The notes beneath the pieces are model-generated. The model saw nothing but the letters and a program-made list of their open reading frames with translations, had not been told where the DNA came from and searched no databases. A stretch of 64,000 bases of DNA, taken from Octopus vulgaris (lineage: Eukaryota). Below are positions 26,767 to 41,558 of this stretch, piece by piece (position 1 is the first letter of the stretch; the number at the start of each line of letters is the position of its first letter). Both the position numbers and the translations under genes were made by a program. The stretch is taken from the NCBI GenBank assembly GCA_951406725.2, contig OX597842.1, positions 14,074,001-14,138,000 on the forward strand. Reading direction: 5' to 3'.

Positions 26767-27060
26767 ATCACGTGACCGACCAGTCCATCAGATGTAGTTA
26801 CACATCGCTAGTCACAATGCGTTCGCATTGTTTTAGCCTTCGAATGACGGCACCCCGCTGGCTAAGCGAGCAGGCCAACAGAAGAAAGAGTGGGAGAAAG
26901 AGTGGTGAAAGAGTACAGCAGGTATCACCACCCTCTGCCGGAGCCTCGTGGAGCTTTTAGGTGTTTTCGCTCAATAAACACCCACAACGCCCGGTCAGGG
27001 AATGGAAACCGCGATCCTACGAGTGCGAGTCCGCTGCCCTAACCACTGGGCCATTGCGCG
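26760..27060 (-). mobile_element. tRNA-derived SINE
   Basis: Minus-strand head with A box TGGCCCAGTGG and B-box-like GGTTTCCATTCC; (TA)n tail. Confidence 0.8.
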
Positions 27061-27103
27061 CCAATACTGGCCAAAACCTTTCTAAGTTGTTCTAAGTTCT
27101 AAG

Positions 27104-27152
<49 letters not shown>

Positions 27153-27319
27153 ATTCACTAGCACATATAATTACAGTCTTTCCCCCAAACCTCGCAATTC
27201 TATCGAAAAAGGAGATTAATGAGTAAGGCGAGGGCGGGACGCAAATTACATGGGAATATTTTAAATGGTTAGTAATATATTGTGAATGAAATATTATCAA
27301 TAAGACTTTTGCAGCTTAC

Positions 27320-27391
27320 AGATATCTTAACCTGGTCAGATCATCGAATGTCCCTACTTCAATTTTGTCGATATTATTTTCATTCAAGTAT
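27320..27391 (-). CDS. LRR exon, class C (72 bp): YLNENNIDKIEVGTFDDLTRLRY(L)
   Basis: gttacag|...|gtaagc; tail of ORF 27316..27543. Confidence 0.87.
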
Positions 27392-29976
27392 CTGTAACAG
27401 AAAAGTTTGGCCGATAAGGTAACGTTGGGAAGAGTATTATTGTAAAATGTTATCAATGAAATGTCTATAAAATATAATTTCAGATGATTAGAAAATGTAG
27501 AGAAGTGTGTTCTTATTAAATGTAAAATATTATGGTTAAACAATTACTTTTTTTTTGGGGGGGGGGGGCAGAAAAGTAAATGAGAATGGAGAAGATGTTA
27601 ATATTGAGAAGGAGGGAATGAACAGGCGGAGTAGAATGGTGGTGATGGAGGTGGTCGTGGTGACTTAGGTGAACATAAAGATGTTGTGTAAAAAGGATGG
27701 TAGTAAGGTGGATGAAGATAATATTGTTGCTGATGATGGAGGTAAAATCGGTGATAACGATACTAATGATGATAATTATGGTAGGATAAGGGTGATGAAA
27801 TTGATGATGATGATGATGGCGATGATGACGACAACGACGACGATGATGATGAAGATGATGATGTTGATGGTGGTGGTGATGAAGATTTTGATTACGACTT
27901 TGAAGCTGGTGCTGTTTCTAAGATAATAATGAATATGTTGATGACGATAAAGTTCAGGGTGTTCGAGTTAATGCAGACGACTATGATGAGGGTAATGTTG
28001 ATGATGGTGATGATGAAACGATGCGATTGTCGATAAAAGAGAAAAGAAAGGAAGGAAAATGCAAAAGCGTAATGCGAAATTAATTTGAAATGTCAGACTA
28101 AAAGATGATTGTGGTTTGTAAGGAATTGATGAAGGAGGAGGAGAATAAAAAGAAAAGGAAAAGGAATCAAAATGAGTAGAACAAGACGAATAAGATTACA
28201 ATAATGAATCAGGAGGAAAAGTCTTGGAGAATTGAAAGACGTGAAAGTAAAATGGAATAAAGGAAAAGGTAGAAAATAGAAGACGAATAATAAATAGAAG
28301 AAAAGTAAGAAGAAGAAAAAGAAGAAGAAGAAAAAGAAGATGTAAAGGACAAAGGTAAAAATGGAAAAGAAGCAACAGAAAAAGAGCAGAAGTGATGATG
28401 ATGATGATGATGATGATGATAATGATGATGATGGTGTTGGTGGTGGTGGTGAAGTATGATGATGATCATGTATATGAAGGTGATGAGGATTATGATGATG
28501 ATGATGATGATGATGATGTTGAGGAGGAGGAGGAGGAGGGGGAGGAGAGGATTATGACGAACTAGAGATTGTCGTTTGTTGAAAATACTACTGATGACGA
28601 AAATGTTGACGTTCTTGTTGACGTAATTTCTGAACAGATATATTTAGAAGGAAAATCAGAAAAACATGAATGAATGAGGATTAAAAGCAACAATACGGTT
28701 TATATGTATGATGATGAAAACAGAGAGGAGAGAAATCTGAAAAGCCTCAAAGGCATAGTTTTAGTAATAGTAGTAGTAGTAGTAGTAGTAGTGGTAGTAG
28801 TAGTAGTAGTAGTAGTAGTAGTTGCTGTTGTTGTTGTTGTAGTAGTAGTATTCTGGGATACTATGACCAGGATTACATGAAGCAAATACCCAAATACCAA
28901 ATATTTCGCAAATTTTCTTCTCTATGAATGCACCGGAAACACTTCAAGCCGATTTCGGTTGATTTATGAAAGCATGATCATTAAAAAATTTAATCTAATA
29001 CTAAATATATTTTAATAACAGACTGGAATCTCAATTCTCAACAAAAAACAGCGAGAGATGGCAGATAACCTCCTGGGTTTTGAAACCGTAACTGCATTTA
29101 ACTATACAGTAACACCATAAACAATCTCAAATACTAATTGCTCACGCCACTTATCACAAAACCAATGAAAGTTTATCTCCGAACGGAACCTGGGCCGCAG
29201 AAAAAAACAAACTGATTCCTTTAGAGAATCAACCAACGGTTGATGACTATTCCTTCGGAGAGGTCAACCAAGCAGAGTGACAAACTTGACCAAAATAAAA
29301 GACACGGATTTATCAAATTAAAGTGACGTCATGAATCTTACAACCGATCAAAATCTGTTCCTATGTATAGAGAACAAACTATCACTATATAGGAGAGACG
29401 AGTATGACATTGAAACGAAGAATCATTCTGCATAAAGTGCAGATTCACTACCCGCAATACAAACAGATTTCTTTAAGTGAACACATGGAGAAATGTGCAG
29501 GTAACATCAAGCGAAATTTCACAGCTTCCCCTTCTAGTAGAGCAATGATACAATTTCTATATAAGAACGTTTAATAAAGAAAATCATTCATCGATAAATA
29601 CAGAGCACATCTAAATATGGACGCATAACTAACTTTGATATTTTAATTAATGATTACATAACCCTCGCGGTACATATTTCTCCCCACTATAATTATTGAA
29701 TTTTTTTGTATATATATATATATATATATATATTTCTTACCCTACCAAAAGATAAACAATTATCTCCCCTGTCCACAAAAATAATGATCACCAATTTGCT
29801 CCTCTCAGATTTTTCTATTTGTTGAATCTTTCATTCATAAACTCGACTGAAATTGTACTCAGAAAATAAAGACGGACAAAATGGTGCTAGGCGTTTCACT
29901 CGGAGTACGAACGATTCTGCCATTTCGTTTCCTTATTGTCAATGAACTATTATGAAAAAAACCTGTCCCTCTTCCA

Positions 29977-30028
29977 GTTTTCGAAGGAGTCTTCTTCAAT
30001 GTTTTCGATGTCATTATCGCACAAATCT
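29977..30028 (-). pseudogene. Dead LRR pseudo-exon: DLCDNDIENIEEDSFEN
   Basis: LRR-like frame inside cassette-type flanks (taacataaaagttag; tcaatgaacta). Acceptor CAG is replaced by GGG; the last ~20 nt of the exon and the GT donor are deleted. Confidence 0.7.
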
Positions 30029-30484
30029 CCCTAACATAAAAGTTAGTTGATAAGAATATAGAAAAGATTTGTGATAAAATATTGAACTTTATAGCCAAAA
30101 TTTTTGTTGATGAAATAGACGGAAAGTACATATCGATGAAGATGATGATAAGAAAAAGGTGGAGGAGAAGGAGAGAAGGAGGGAGAAGGACGGGAGAAGA
30201 CTGGTTATCGTAGTGGTTGTGTCAGACATCGTTGTCATATAGAATAGGATTTTGAAGCTTAAAACTGGAGGGTGGTGGTTGTGTTGATAAAGAACTTGCT
30301 GTTGCTGATGATTGTGATGGTGATGTTAATGGTAATGATTCTGATGAGGATAATTGTGATGATAATGAGTATGTTTTTAACGTTGATTTTGAAACTGACG
30401 ATGTTCCTGATGACGATCATGGTGAATGGATTAAAACTTAATGCATTCACATGTACTCACACATATCATTAGACATAAATATAA

Positions 30485-31705
30485 CAGGTGAAAGAGCGTA
30501 ACTGTCCCTCTCATAAATTCTTCGAAATTTTAAAACCATTAAACGTATCTATTTTTGCATTTTTTATATGCTTTGCACATAAGACGACTGGACATACTGA
30601 CACCAGTTTTTATAAGAATCAGTAAAATATCTATTGAGATATTTAGCTAGAAATGGAACAGGCTGAAATCGTTTTGTGCCAACTTCACCATGTCTTCCCA
30701 ACTGAACAATAGAGAGGGCTAAGATCCTTCAGAGCTTCAGTAATGGTACTGACATTCATTCTCTATCTTTCACCTTCAAAGTCCATTTAAGAAGCATCAA
30801 GAATATTGTGAATAAGTCTGAGAAATCGGTAATAGTGGAGAGGAACACTTAGCCAGGGGGGTTATAACCACGGGAAGGATCATCATTTCCATCTGGAGCT
30901 GAAACGACCAATCAAAAGAGATCCAACGCAATCCATAAGATGCTTGGCGTGTGAGAGAGGAGTGTCAGCTATAACAGTTGTTCGCAATCCGGTAAGAGAC
31001 GATTGGAAAATGAAATTGTAAATGAGACCTGTGAGGCATCTTGTAACTCAAGGACAACAGTTTAGAAGGTTGGAGAAGACAAAGTTCATCAGGATCAAAG
31101 TATAACGCAACCCTCCAGTAATATTTTGCACAGATGAGAAGAGTTTCACCCACGATATGCAGACAAACTGATGCAACAGACGCGTTCTGATTTCAGCTTC
31201 TCACGAGAGAGCCAAAAATGTCAATTTCAGGTGCAAAACCCCTGGCAAAGTGGTGATTTACATTAGCATGCCCTCTCGCGGAAAGAAGATGTTCCTTGTG
31301 ACACAAGAGCATTAAGTCAAAATTTTCGCAGGGATGAGTTTGCGAACAGGTTTTAGGATAAAGACATTTGGCTTCATTCATCACCTGATTTAAGCCCTTT
31401 AGACGTCAGCATCTGGGATGAACTGGTCAGAAAGAGTTTGTGAGAAGTCCCACAAATATCTGCAATCCCCATCGCCCAAACAAAACTCCATCCAGAGAAG
31501 GTGGGAGGAGAATATTGATGAAGAAGTCATGAAGAATGCTTGGGTGTAGACAGGAAGAGGATTAAGGATGCTGTTACCGAAAGAGGAGTAACCCTTGATA
31601 CCTAGCATGCAGACTTCTGGCTAGAACCCTCCTTGGCCCATTGAACTATAACTTTAAGCTTCCGTTCGAACTTTATTCTAATAGTTCATTAGCTCCCAAC
31701 CCTGA
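30485..31705 (+). mobile_element. Decayed Tc1/mariner-superfamily (DD37D/maT-like) transposon; ends approximate
   Basis: TDEKSFT and HSSPDLSPLDVSIWDELV motifs. Confidence 0.65.
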
Positions 31706-32335
31706 AGTATTTATAAAAATATCGTTTCCGCCAATGATTATTTCATTCGTGATTCTTCTTGCGGAGTTGGAGAGTAGTCAACATTTCTTCTTTCTCAAAG
31801 CAGGGTGAATTTGCATTAGAAAAACCTCTCATAATCTTATTAAGTTATCTTTAAACCTTCTTAATATACAAAGTTCCGAATTTGAATCTAAAATTTGGAA
31901 ATCTTGCTGATACATCCAGTATATGTACATCCATACACAAAAATATATGAAAAAGATTAGCAGATAAACCAAGAAAACTTGAACAAAAAAGAAAACAAAG
32001 GGAAATAGACGATGAAATATCGAATAATGAATATTTCAATTTTAAGTAGACAAACATTTTGAAAACAAAGGACATGAAATATAGAGGAAAAATCTTAAGA
32101 TTAATCCGATAACAAGAGCATGATTACATATATATCAGGAGATAGTGCAAAAAAGATTATACAACCATGCTCTTTCACTTTCACAAAGATTCAACGATAC
32201 TTAGAGAAAACTATGGAGAAAGTAAGAATGTTTGATAGGGACAACTAGAGATAGAGAAAAGCAAAGTTGGAGAAAATATTGACAATCTAGATATACGGAT
32301 AATTAAAAAGTACGAACAAAAGCGACCCAACTCAC

Positions 32336-32407
32336 AAGTCTTCTAAATTCGGAAGGTTTGCAAAGATATCACGTTGAATATACGTTATGTTATTGTCGTT
32401 CAGATAT
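32336..32407 (-). CDS. LRR exon, class D (72 bp): YLNDNNITYIQRDIFANLPNLED(L)
   Basis: gttacag|...|gtgagt; tail of ORF 32332..32721. Confidence 0.87.
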
Positions 32408-33762
32408 CTGTAACACAAAATTGAGTTCATTACAAACATATAAAAACATTCGTAAGAAAATATTAAATACTTTGGCAAAAAAATAAATTTAGATGTAAGG
32501 TATTGGATATGATGATGACAAGAGGATGAGAAGAAAGAATATTGAGAAGATGAAGTGGGAAGAAGGAGAAACAGAAGAAAAATAATTAAAAAGAAGCAGT
32601 AGAAGAAAATGAAAAGAACGAAAATGATTAAAATAAAGTAGAAGAAGCAGAAGGAGGGGATGAGGATGAGGAAGAAGGGGTGAATGGGGCTGTAGAGTAA
32701 AAAAATTAAAACAAATTTCAAAAAAGAGTGAGTAGCAGAGGAAGGAGGAGGAGGAGAAGAAGAAGAAGAAGACGAAGAAGAAGGGGAGGAAATGAGGCTG
32801 GAGAAGGCGTAAAGAAGAAAAAATAGAAGGCGAAGGAGATTCAGTAGAAGTAGAAGGCGAAGAAGATTAAGGAGAAGTAGAAGGCGAAGAAGATTAAGGA
32901 GAAGTAGAAGTCGAAAAAAGTAGAAGAAATCAATTTGTATAAAAAATAGTAATATGAATAATGAATTTCTAAATACACAACTGCCAGGGGAATTCAGGGA
33001 TGGTAAACAGCTTTGATCTGGAAAGAAAACCTGAACATGACACCGACACTTAAATGTTTAATTTATGCAATAAAAATAATAGGAAAGAAAAAAACTCACA
33101 TACATACATACACATGGTACGTTATTGTACACACACACATCTACACATGCATATATGCACGTGACGACTGAAATGCGTGAATGTATGTCTGAGTTTGCCT
33201 ATGTAACTAGATGGATGTGAGGGCTGGAGGTGAAACTGTGTAAAAAGATAAACAGACTGGCAGTGAAACACGAAATTTTGTCATTTCGATTAAAACAATA
33301 AAATAAATTAACTGACTGTGAGTGTATGAGTATCTATGCCTGTGAGTCTGAGTTTCTTTCAGCATTAAGTACGCTATTAAATATAAAAATCTACACATAC
33401 ATATACATATGTGACAACTGATATGTGTGTGTCTATCTTACTATATGTATGTGAGTATATGTGAGGGCCATGTTGTTCCACAACGACCACGACGACGTAA
33501 CATTTCCTATATCATTGTGCATCAGACTGTCAGTGTATGTGTGTGTGCTTATATCTTAAGTGTTTAAGAAAAAAATAGTTTCTTCTTCCACAGTACTATG
33601 GATTTATTTGTGTATGAGAGAGGGTGCCACTTATACAAACATGCAAGGAAAATGCATACATGACAACACACACCTTCACACACACATACACGCAAACACG
33701 CTCACACTCATCTAGTATACACACATCTTTCACCCAAGTCACTTTATATATATATATATTTA

Positions 33763-34712
33763 CAGGGCTGGACAAAATAATGGAAACACCTAGCATCATA
33801 GCATCATAATTTTGAAATATCTATGAAACCGTCAAAAGCTTGTTTATTTTATGTTTTTTTTATCTATTATTAGTGTTGCTTAATAGTTCTTGCTAAAATT
33901 GCTCTTTCTTTTCAGACGTCATCAGAAAAACGGTAATTAGAATACATTTAAATGACAGATATATCGAACTTTCAAACAGGTCAACTTGTTGGTGCTCGTA
34001 TGGCAGGTGCAAGCGTAACGTAAACACCCGAAATGCTTTGTGCATCAAAAAGTTCTGTCCCGAAAATAATGACAACCTTTGAGAGAGAAGGCAAAATGTG
34101 CTCGTCGAAACAACTCCGGAAGGAAACCAAATCACGTAGATAGGGACTGTTGGACTCTTACACGAATTGTTAGAAAGGATCATTAAAGTGCAGCTCCCAA
34201 AATTACTGCACAGCTTAATGGCCACCTCTAAAACCTAGTTTCCACAAAAACCGTTCGGACTTGTGATGATCTTGGAGATTTATCTTTTATATCCGCCGGC
34301 CCAATGTTTTGACTTCATGGCAGAATTAATAATGAAGACTAAGCCTTTTATCTGATCCAATTCATCCTATTGTTGCGAAACTGTTTTCACAGGGATGATA
34401 TTCCACCAATTCACACAGCTAACGTTGCTACTGAATGGCACGTTGAACATTCTAATGAAGTTGAACACCTTATCTGACCAACACAGACCCAAGATCTCAA
34501 TATTATCAAACATTTATGGTGCATTTTAGAAAAACAAGTAAGGAGTCGATATCGTCCACCATCATCACTACAAAGACTGGAGATTGTTTTAGCTGAAGAG
34601 GGGACAAAAATCCTTTGGAAACAATTCAAATTTTGTACGAGTCCATACCTCGTAGAATTCAAGCTATAATTACCACCAAAGGCGATGCTACCTCATATCA
34701 AAATAAATTCGT
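33763..34712 (+). mobile_element. Tc1-like transposon (same family as 10461 and 16909, opposite strand), left TIR present
   Basis: TA|cagggctggacaaaataatggaaacacc; PDLNIIKHLW-like and LYESIPRRIQAII motifs. Confidence 0.82.
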
Positions 34713-34731
34713 TTATACATACATACATACA

Positions 34732-34792
<61 letters not shown>

Positions 34793-34799
34793 TGATATG

Positions 34800-36355
34800 A
34801 CAGCTGCATCCTCGTTACTTGAGAAAAGCCATTGCCAAGAAGACTTACTCAAATGATTCATGATTGTTGCCATGTGATGCCCTTATATGACTTTTAAGCC
34901 TGGTCAAGCTTTTACACGTTTCATTACTTACTAGACAACTGTGCTAGCTGGTAGGAGAAACAGGTCCCACTGTATGCACTCTCTTAACATGTCTTTTTAG
35001 ACCCCCAACGTACAAGTACTCCCTTCCTCATATTACACACTTTTCGTAATGACTTTTAATAGCCATATCATTGTTTATCATGGTTCGATTCCTAAGAGAA
35101 GTTTGATGGTTCACCAGGCCTGCAAGACTCAAGCACTTCCACCCACAGACCACACTCATAAAAACCAACACTCTCTCACACTCCACAGGTTCCCCATACT
35201 AAGACCCCTCCTAATTCTCTCATACTTCACACTCTCTCTTCCTCTCTCAAACTTTGAACAACCATCATGCATTATCTTCCTCCATCCATCACGATCTTGT
35301 GCCTCCTTCTCCCAATTACCAGCTGCAATTCCTGTTTACATTGGAGCATTTTTAAGGCAATCTTTAAACCTTAGTTTAGGCTTATGCGCTGGTCTCCTGC
35401 GATTTTCCATCTCACCATACAATAGCTGCTTGGGCAGTCGCTCATCACTCATCCTTACCAAATGTCCCCCCACCTCAAACGTCTTTGCAAAACCATTGAC
35501 TCTATACATCTACTACCACTCCTCTCAAGTACTTACACATTACTAATGGCCATCCCCAAACATATCCCCAAACTTTTCCTCAGACAGTTTTGATGAAATC
35601 GCTCCAATTGCCTTAATTGCCTCCGGTAAACAACCCATGCCTTACTTCCATATAGCAAAGATGGGAGGACGCATGTGTTATATACTTTAACTTTAATTCG
35701 TGAAGATATATTATGTTGTTTCCATAGACGCCAATCAAGCCTACCAAAAGAACTACTAGCCCTCCTGATTCTGTATGAAATTTCATCATCAAGACCAGCA
35801 GTACTGAAAGTACTTCTTAAATAAATAAATCTAGGTACCGTTTTCAACCTTTGACCATTCACAGTTATAAAAAGTTCCACATACATCTTAGAAGGAGCGA
35901 GATGGTACATTATAACAGTTTTTATTTTAGATTGATTGTTAGACCCAATGCTGCACTTGCATTCATCATGTGCTGCATATGTTTCTGAGAATGTGCCAAC
36001 AGGTCACAATCATCTGCATACAGAAACGCAACAAAGTGAGAATACAGAACTTTCGTTTTGGCACAGGCTTTTGAGATTGAACAGATTTCCTGTTGTCCTA
36101 TATCTTATATAGACCCGTTCAGGGCCATCTTTAAAAGCTATTAGATAGACCGTTGCGAAATATATAGCAAACAGCGTTGGAACAGGAGTATCACCTTGCT
36201 TTACACTATTTGCTACAGAAATTGGGTCTTGACATGAAATTGCCTAAGCATCCTCACAAATGTTTCAGAGCATCCTAGCTTTTTAGGATCTCCCAAAGTG
36301 CAATTCTATTGATAGAATCAAACACTTTTGTTATGTCAATGAAAACCTGGTATAA
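34800..36355 (-). mobile_element. RTE-clade (BovB-like) LINE fragment; ends approximate
   Basis: VKQGDTPVPTLF, LYADD, DDEISYRIRRASSSFGRL, KVYNTCVLPSLLYG, QLERFHQNCLR. Confidence 0.85.
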
Positions 36356-36364
36356 GAAATTATC

Positions 36365-37400
36365 CAGAAATAGTTTAAAATTTATACATATTATATACTG
36401 AAATACTGACTCATCAGATGGTATCTGTGAATATTTATTAATTGGTATATACTGGTATTTAATAAAGGAATACTGAAGTAAAAGAACATATATATTAATT
36501 AAATTATAAACTAAGCAGTTTATTATAAGTAGTGAATATACCAGTATTGTTTTATATAAACCAAGTATGAATTTATAGATGTGAAAAATTACATTTATTT
36601 CATAAATACATAAAGGCTAATTATATAAAAATAAAGGAAGAAAATAATCGGGTAGGGCAGAACACCCTAGAAAAAGAATAAAATAGCTTAATCACTATTG
36701 TATGGTGAGATGGAAGCATGATAACGTGTATGTAGTTTATTAACAACAACAGAGAAGACTTATATAAAATGTATAATAATTCAAAATATATTAGACTAAA
36801 AATTATATATTTACTTATTTAGCTAGTATCAATAAAAGACTGATACCTGAGTATTAGCTAAAGGAATATTGAAGTTATAGGACATTCTAATTTTCACTAT
36901 TTTTTTAAACTATAGTTTTAAGAAGTTATCATTATTACTCCAATCATGACATTTCTAGTTTCTTAGGGGTACTTAATTAGAAGGGTTATTTATATAAAGG
37001 CCCTTATAAATATATTAAGATCAGGAGGGTAGAGCTGTTTAAGAAAGGGATAAATCAAGTAATTGCTAAAGATCATTTCTAAGAACATTGCCTTATTCTA
37101 TAAAGTTAAAATTTAGGGTAATCATGTAGATTATTATGAATGATATTCTAACAAAAAGGATAAGCCTTATTTGAATACTTTTGGGTATATACCAAATTTT
37201 AACATTTAGAGGGGGGAAAAGAAAATTACAAAGAAATAGCTTAATATTTATACTTATTATTTATCTAAATATTAACTTATTAGATGGTTTCTATGAAGAT
37301 TGATCGATTAGATCTAACAGATATTTAATAAGGGAGAACTGAGGTTAAAGAACATGCTAACTATATACAAATTTAAAAATATTGAACTATTTTAAGCTGT
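36365..37400 (+). repeat. AT-rich dispersed repeat, related to ~21000-21820 (minus) and both duplicates; possibly a decayed Gypsy-type integrase region
   Basis: tttgaatacttttgggtatataccaaa and aaatttagggtaatca are shared with the reverse complement of ~21110-21200; YKGPYKY-like codons at ~36994. Confidence 0.3.
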
Positions 37401-37435
<35 letters not shown>

Positions 37436-37500
37436 CAAATGCTTGCACAAAACACTTTCTTTAAAGTATCACGCCCTTATATATTCCAACATTATATATT

Positions 37501-38833
37501 CCGACCGGTTTCCCTAACATCAATAATCAGCAAGATGTTCGAAACCATCCTTAAGAAAAGTATGATGCTCCTCCTCCTGAACACAGCCTCTATCTCTGAT
37601 TCCCAACACGGCTTCGTGCCGAAGAGATCATGCTTGATCAACTTACTAGTAATGGAAGAATTGGTGACGCGCATCCTCGATGATACTGATGCTGTTGACA
37701 TCGTTTTATTGGACTTTGCCAAAGCTTTTGACTCGGTAAACCACCGCCTATTACTTGTCAAGCTTCAAGCATATAGTTTCCATCCGATATTGTACGATGG
37801 GTTGGTGCCTTCCTCTCAGATCGCTCCTTCCAAGTCCAAGTTAATGGTTCGCGGTCCGACGTCTCCAGTGCGAGCAGTGGCGTGCCTCAAGGTTCAGTAC
37901 TTGGGCCCTTGTTGTTCTTAGTCTTCATAAATGACTTGTCCGACGACCTCACGCAACACACCCTTCTATTTGCCGACGATATCAAACTGGTCGCTCCTCG
38001 CGGTGATATAGAGGATATTCGTCGATGCCGCCACCAAATGTGGAAGTGGTCTAACGATTGGGACCTGTGTCTGAACGTGTCAAAATGCTGTCATCTGCCT
38101 GTTGGCTCTCCTCCTTCAACTCAACTTGATTTCGAGCCGGGTCGTCTGCTGCTGGAGACGACCGATCAGGTAAAGGACCTGGGTATCTTGGTGGATTCCT
38201 CCTTTTCGCCTTCGGCCCAGTGCGTCCATGCTGCCAACAAAGCACGCGGAATTCTGTTCTTGATTCGACGGTCATTCGGAATGCTCACAGCAGCCATATT
38301 CCTACCACTCTATGTCACGCTGGTGAGACCCATATTGGAGTATTATCTCCTCAAAGACATACAGCATCTCGAAAGAGTCCAGAAGCTGGCTAACCGCATG
38401 GTTCATGGTCTCAAAAATTTGTCCTACGAAGAAAGGCTGAGGACGCTCGACCTTTATTCTCTTGAAAAACGCCGCCGCCGTGGTGATCTCATTCTCGCCC
38501 ACAACATCATAAGCGGAAAGTGTAACCTCTCGAAAGAGCTGTTCTTCACTCCTGCTCCAGAGCGTCGGCTGCGGGGTCATTCCGAAAAGCTCTACCTGCG
38601 ACGAGTTCATCTCAATCGAAGGAGAGGAGCTTTCTCCGTCCGGGTTGCGGATCCGTGGAACAAGCTGCCAGACGAGATGGTGAAGATGCCGACGACCGCT
38701 CGGTTCAAAGACTCCATTGACCCCAAGTGGCCTGAACTCTTTACATGAACACCCTGTACTTAACTCCATGTCCCCCTACATGGCCTTGCTATTTGCTTTT
38801 GAGCCAAATTAACTAACTAACTAACTAACTAAC
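37501..38833 (+). mobile_element. 5'-truncated CR1-clade LINE with (TAAC)n tail, frameshifted
   Basis: RPVSLTS, QHGF, LDFAKAFDSV, PQGSVLGPLLF, FADD, WNKLP. Confidence 0.93.
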
Positions 38834-39049
38834 ATTTAGCTATGCGTTCGCACTCACTTTCACAGTCACAGAAAAACAATGACACAAGCCATTGGAGACA
38901 GAGAAGGAGAGTAAAAAACGAGACAAAGGGTATGACGTGGCAGTATAGGAAAGAATGGGTGACGGTGCCTCAAACAAAATAGGGGAATCATTACATACTT
39001 GGAAATATATCTTCAATGAAATACTATAAATATAAATGAATCAACTTAC

Positions 39050-39118
39050 AGAGTTGTTAAGCCGGAAAGAGTTTGGAAGATTTGTGCTTCGATCTTCATG
39101 CCATTACCACCCAAATAC
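39050..39118 (-). CDS. LRR exon, class A (69 bp): YLGGNGMKIEAQIFQTLSGLTT(L)
   Basis: Canonical AG/GT boundaries; identical to 59570-59638. Confidence 0.82.
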
Positions 39119-41283
39119 CTGTAAAATAAAATGATATTAAGGACTTGTATGGATCCGATTTGTAACAGGATATTAAATATCACGTCTAAACAATTAGATG
39201 ATGGAGGAGATGCAGAGTAGATTACGATTTGGATAACAATGATAGGGTTAATGGTGGTGGTGCAGTTGATGGTGATGTTGTTGGTGGTGGTAGTGGTTGT
39301 TGTGTTAATGATGTATATGATCATGAAGTGGAGAACGTGAAAATATGATGGCAGTGTTGATGGTGATGATATTATGACCCTAATGATGGGGTGGGGTGTT
39401 AACACTGATTATCCAGCTAATCACGGTGATTAGCATGTTTATGATGATCAAAAATATTATAGTGAGAATGATGATGTTGTTTGTGATATTTGTGCTGGCG
39501 ATGATGTTGATGTTGTTGATGATGTTGAAGATTGTGCATCTGATCATGGCGTTTTACGGTTATGAATGATTCGGATGATGAAGTGGACAATCTTGAAGTT
39601 GACGATGTGGATGATAGATAAATATGAATATGATGAAGGAAATGATAACAGCGATGATGACAAAAGAGAAGACGTCAATAATGTTGATGGCGGCGGTAAT
39701 TGTGAGGGAACTACTACAAGAATTAGATGAAAAGATTAATAGCGAAATATAGAGACAGAAGAAATTATGAAGAAATCATAAAAGAGAGAAAAGTATAAAC
39801 ACTGGAAATATGGAAATATGAAGAAGGTGAATGAGGAGTATGATAAGACACAAAAGAAGAAAACGAAGAAGAAAATGAAGAAGGAAAAGAACAAAATCAA
39901 GAAGATATCCTCATATACACATCCATGGATATAAGAAACAGACTTTTATACACACACACACATATAAGCTTATAGAGATGCAATAGAACCCTCTCACAGA
40001 CCCACGCACATTCACATTCACGCAGAATCGATATCACAAAGCACACAATCCTTCACAAATTTCTGATCGATATTCCTATTCCCTCTCGCTGTAGGTATCC
40101 ATTAAACGGAGGGACACTTCCACCACCACTACTGCTGTTGCTCCTCCTCATTGCAGACGTAACGAACAATGTGCAAGTTGTGGTGGAGAATGAGGGGAGG
40201 AGTAATGAACGATGAACAAGAGATAAACGCCGTACATGACTTACCGACCCGACCGATTAAGACTCAAATGATGGAACACTCGCACACACTCATCCATGCA
40301 CAAAAGAGACAGACACGGAACTGCCATCACACAGAAAAAACACACACACTTACAAAAACATATCAACACACACACATTTATATATACATATAAAACAAAA
40401 AAAAAGCTACAAGGATATCCAGAGGTATATGATGAGTTAGTACTTAAGTGTACAATATGTATAAATATTAAACTCTTTCTAGATAATTTCTTTTCCTCCC
40501 TCTGTTCTTGTAAATAGTTTGGCATATACTCAAAAGTATTCAAAATTTTCTATATTTTTTTAATGATATTCTTAATAATCCTCTGAATAACCCTAAACTT
40601 TAACTGTGTACAATATAGCAACACTCTTTAACTTTAGTACTACATGATAAGACTTCCCCTGTTTCATTATCAATGGTCTGCTAGTGGGCGACACCCTTGT
40701 CAGCTAACATCTTGTTTTAAGCATTCCTTTACCAACCCTCATGATATTACTTCCAATAAATCTTCATTTTTATAACTATACCATCTATGATTTCTGTCTG
40801 CTCCATCAGCCCCACCCCTAAAAGATACTGCCCCTTTGTTCTCTCAGCCTTAGATATACAAGGATTTGATAAACTAGTCTATAAATTAAAAACAAAAGAT
40901 CATCCACAGGCAGTCTGTAACGATGTATATCTTCTTGATGCCTTAGTGGGTCTATGCTGGAGTGAAGGCTGCATGTTCTTTGTCTATCACCTTAACTTCT
41001 TGGAGATTTTAGTTATAATTATACTAATCCGTCCATCTGTTTTAATTCAATTAAATTCTATGTCATTGTGCAACTGATGATTGCTCTGCATTGAATTTGA
41101 TGTAATGATAGCATTGTTCGACTAAATGGAGGTGTATGAAAAAATCCTACTGCAATAAGTCTGGATATTCTTGTTGCTTATTTTGATTTTAATCATCTTA
41201 CGTTAAAACTTTATGGATAATACCGTACTAAATTCTGGTGCCTCAACTTAAGTACCATATTAATCTGAATCCAAATATTTGCT

Positions 41284-41360
<77 letters not shown>

Positions 41361-41558
41361 CATATGTATTTACATACATACATATGAATGCAAATCATAT
41401 TTGCACCCAATTGTCACACTCTCAATATCACGCTTTCGACAGAAATTCATAGCAGAGGTAAAGGCAGGTGAGGGAGATTAAAATGAAATATGGGAAGACA
41501 TTAAATATAAAAAATATATCGTCAATGAAATATTATAAACAACACTGATTCAACTTAC

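Noticed and set aside
26990-27060. tRNA gene
   Set aside because: A/B boxes continue into a SINE body and (TA)n tail; no complete cloverleaf.
37382-38748. Host reverse-transcriptase gene
   Set aside because: 5'-truncated, frameshifted CR1 LINE with a (TAAC)n tail and an empty paralogous site at ~19420.
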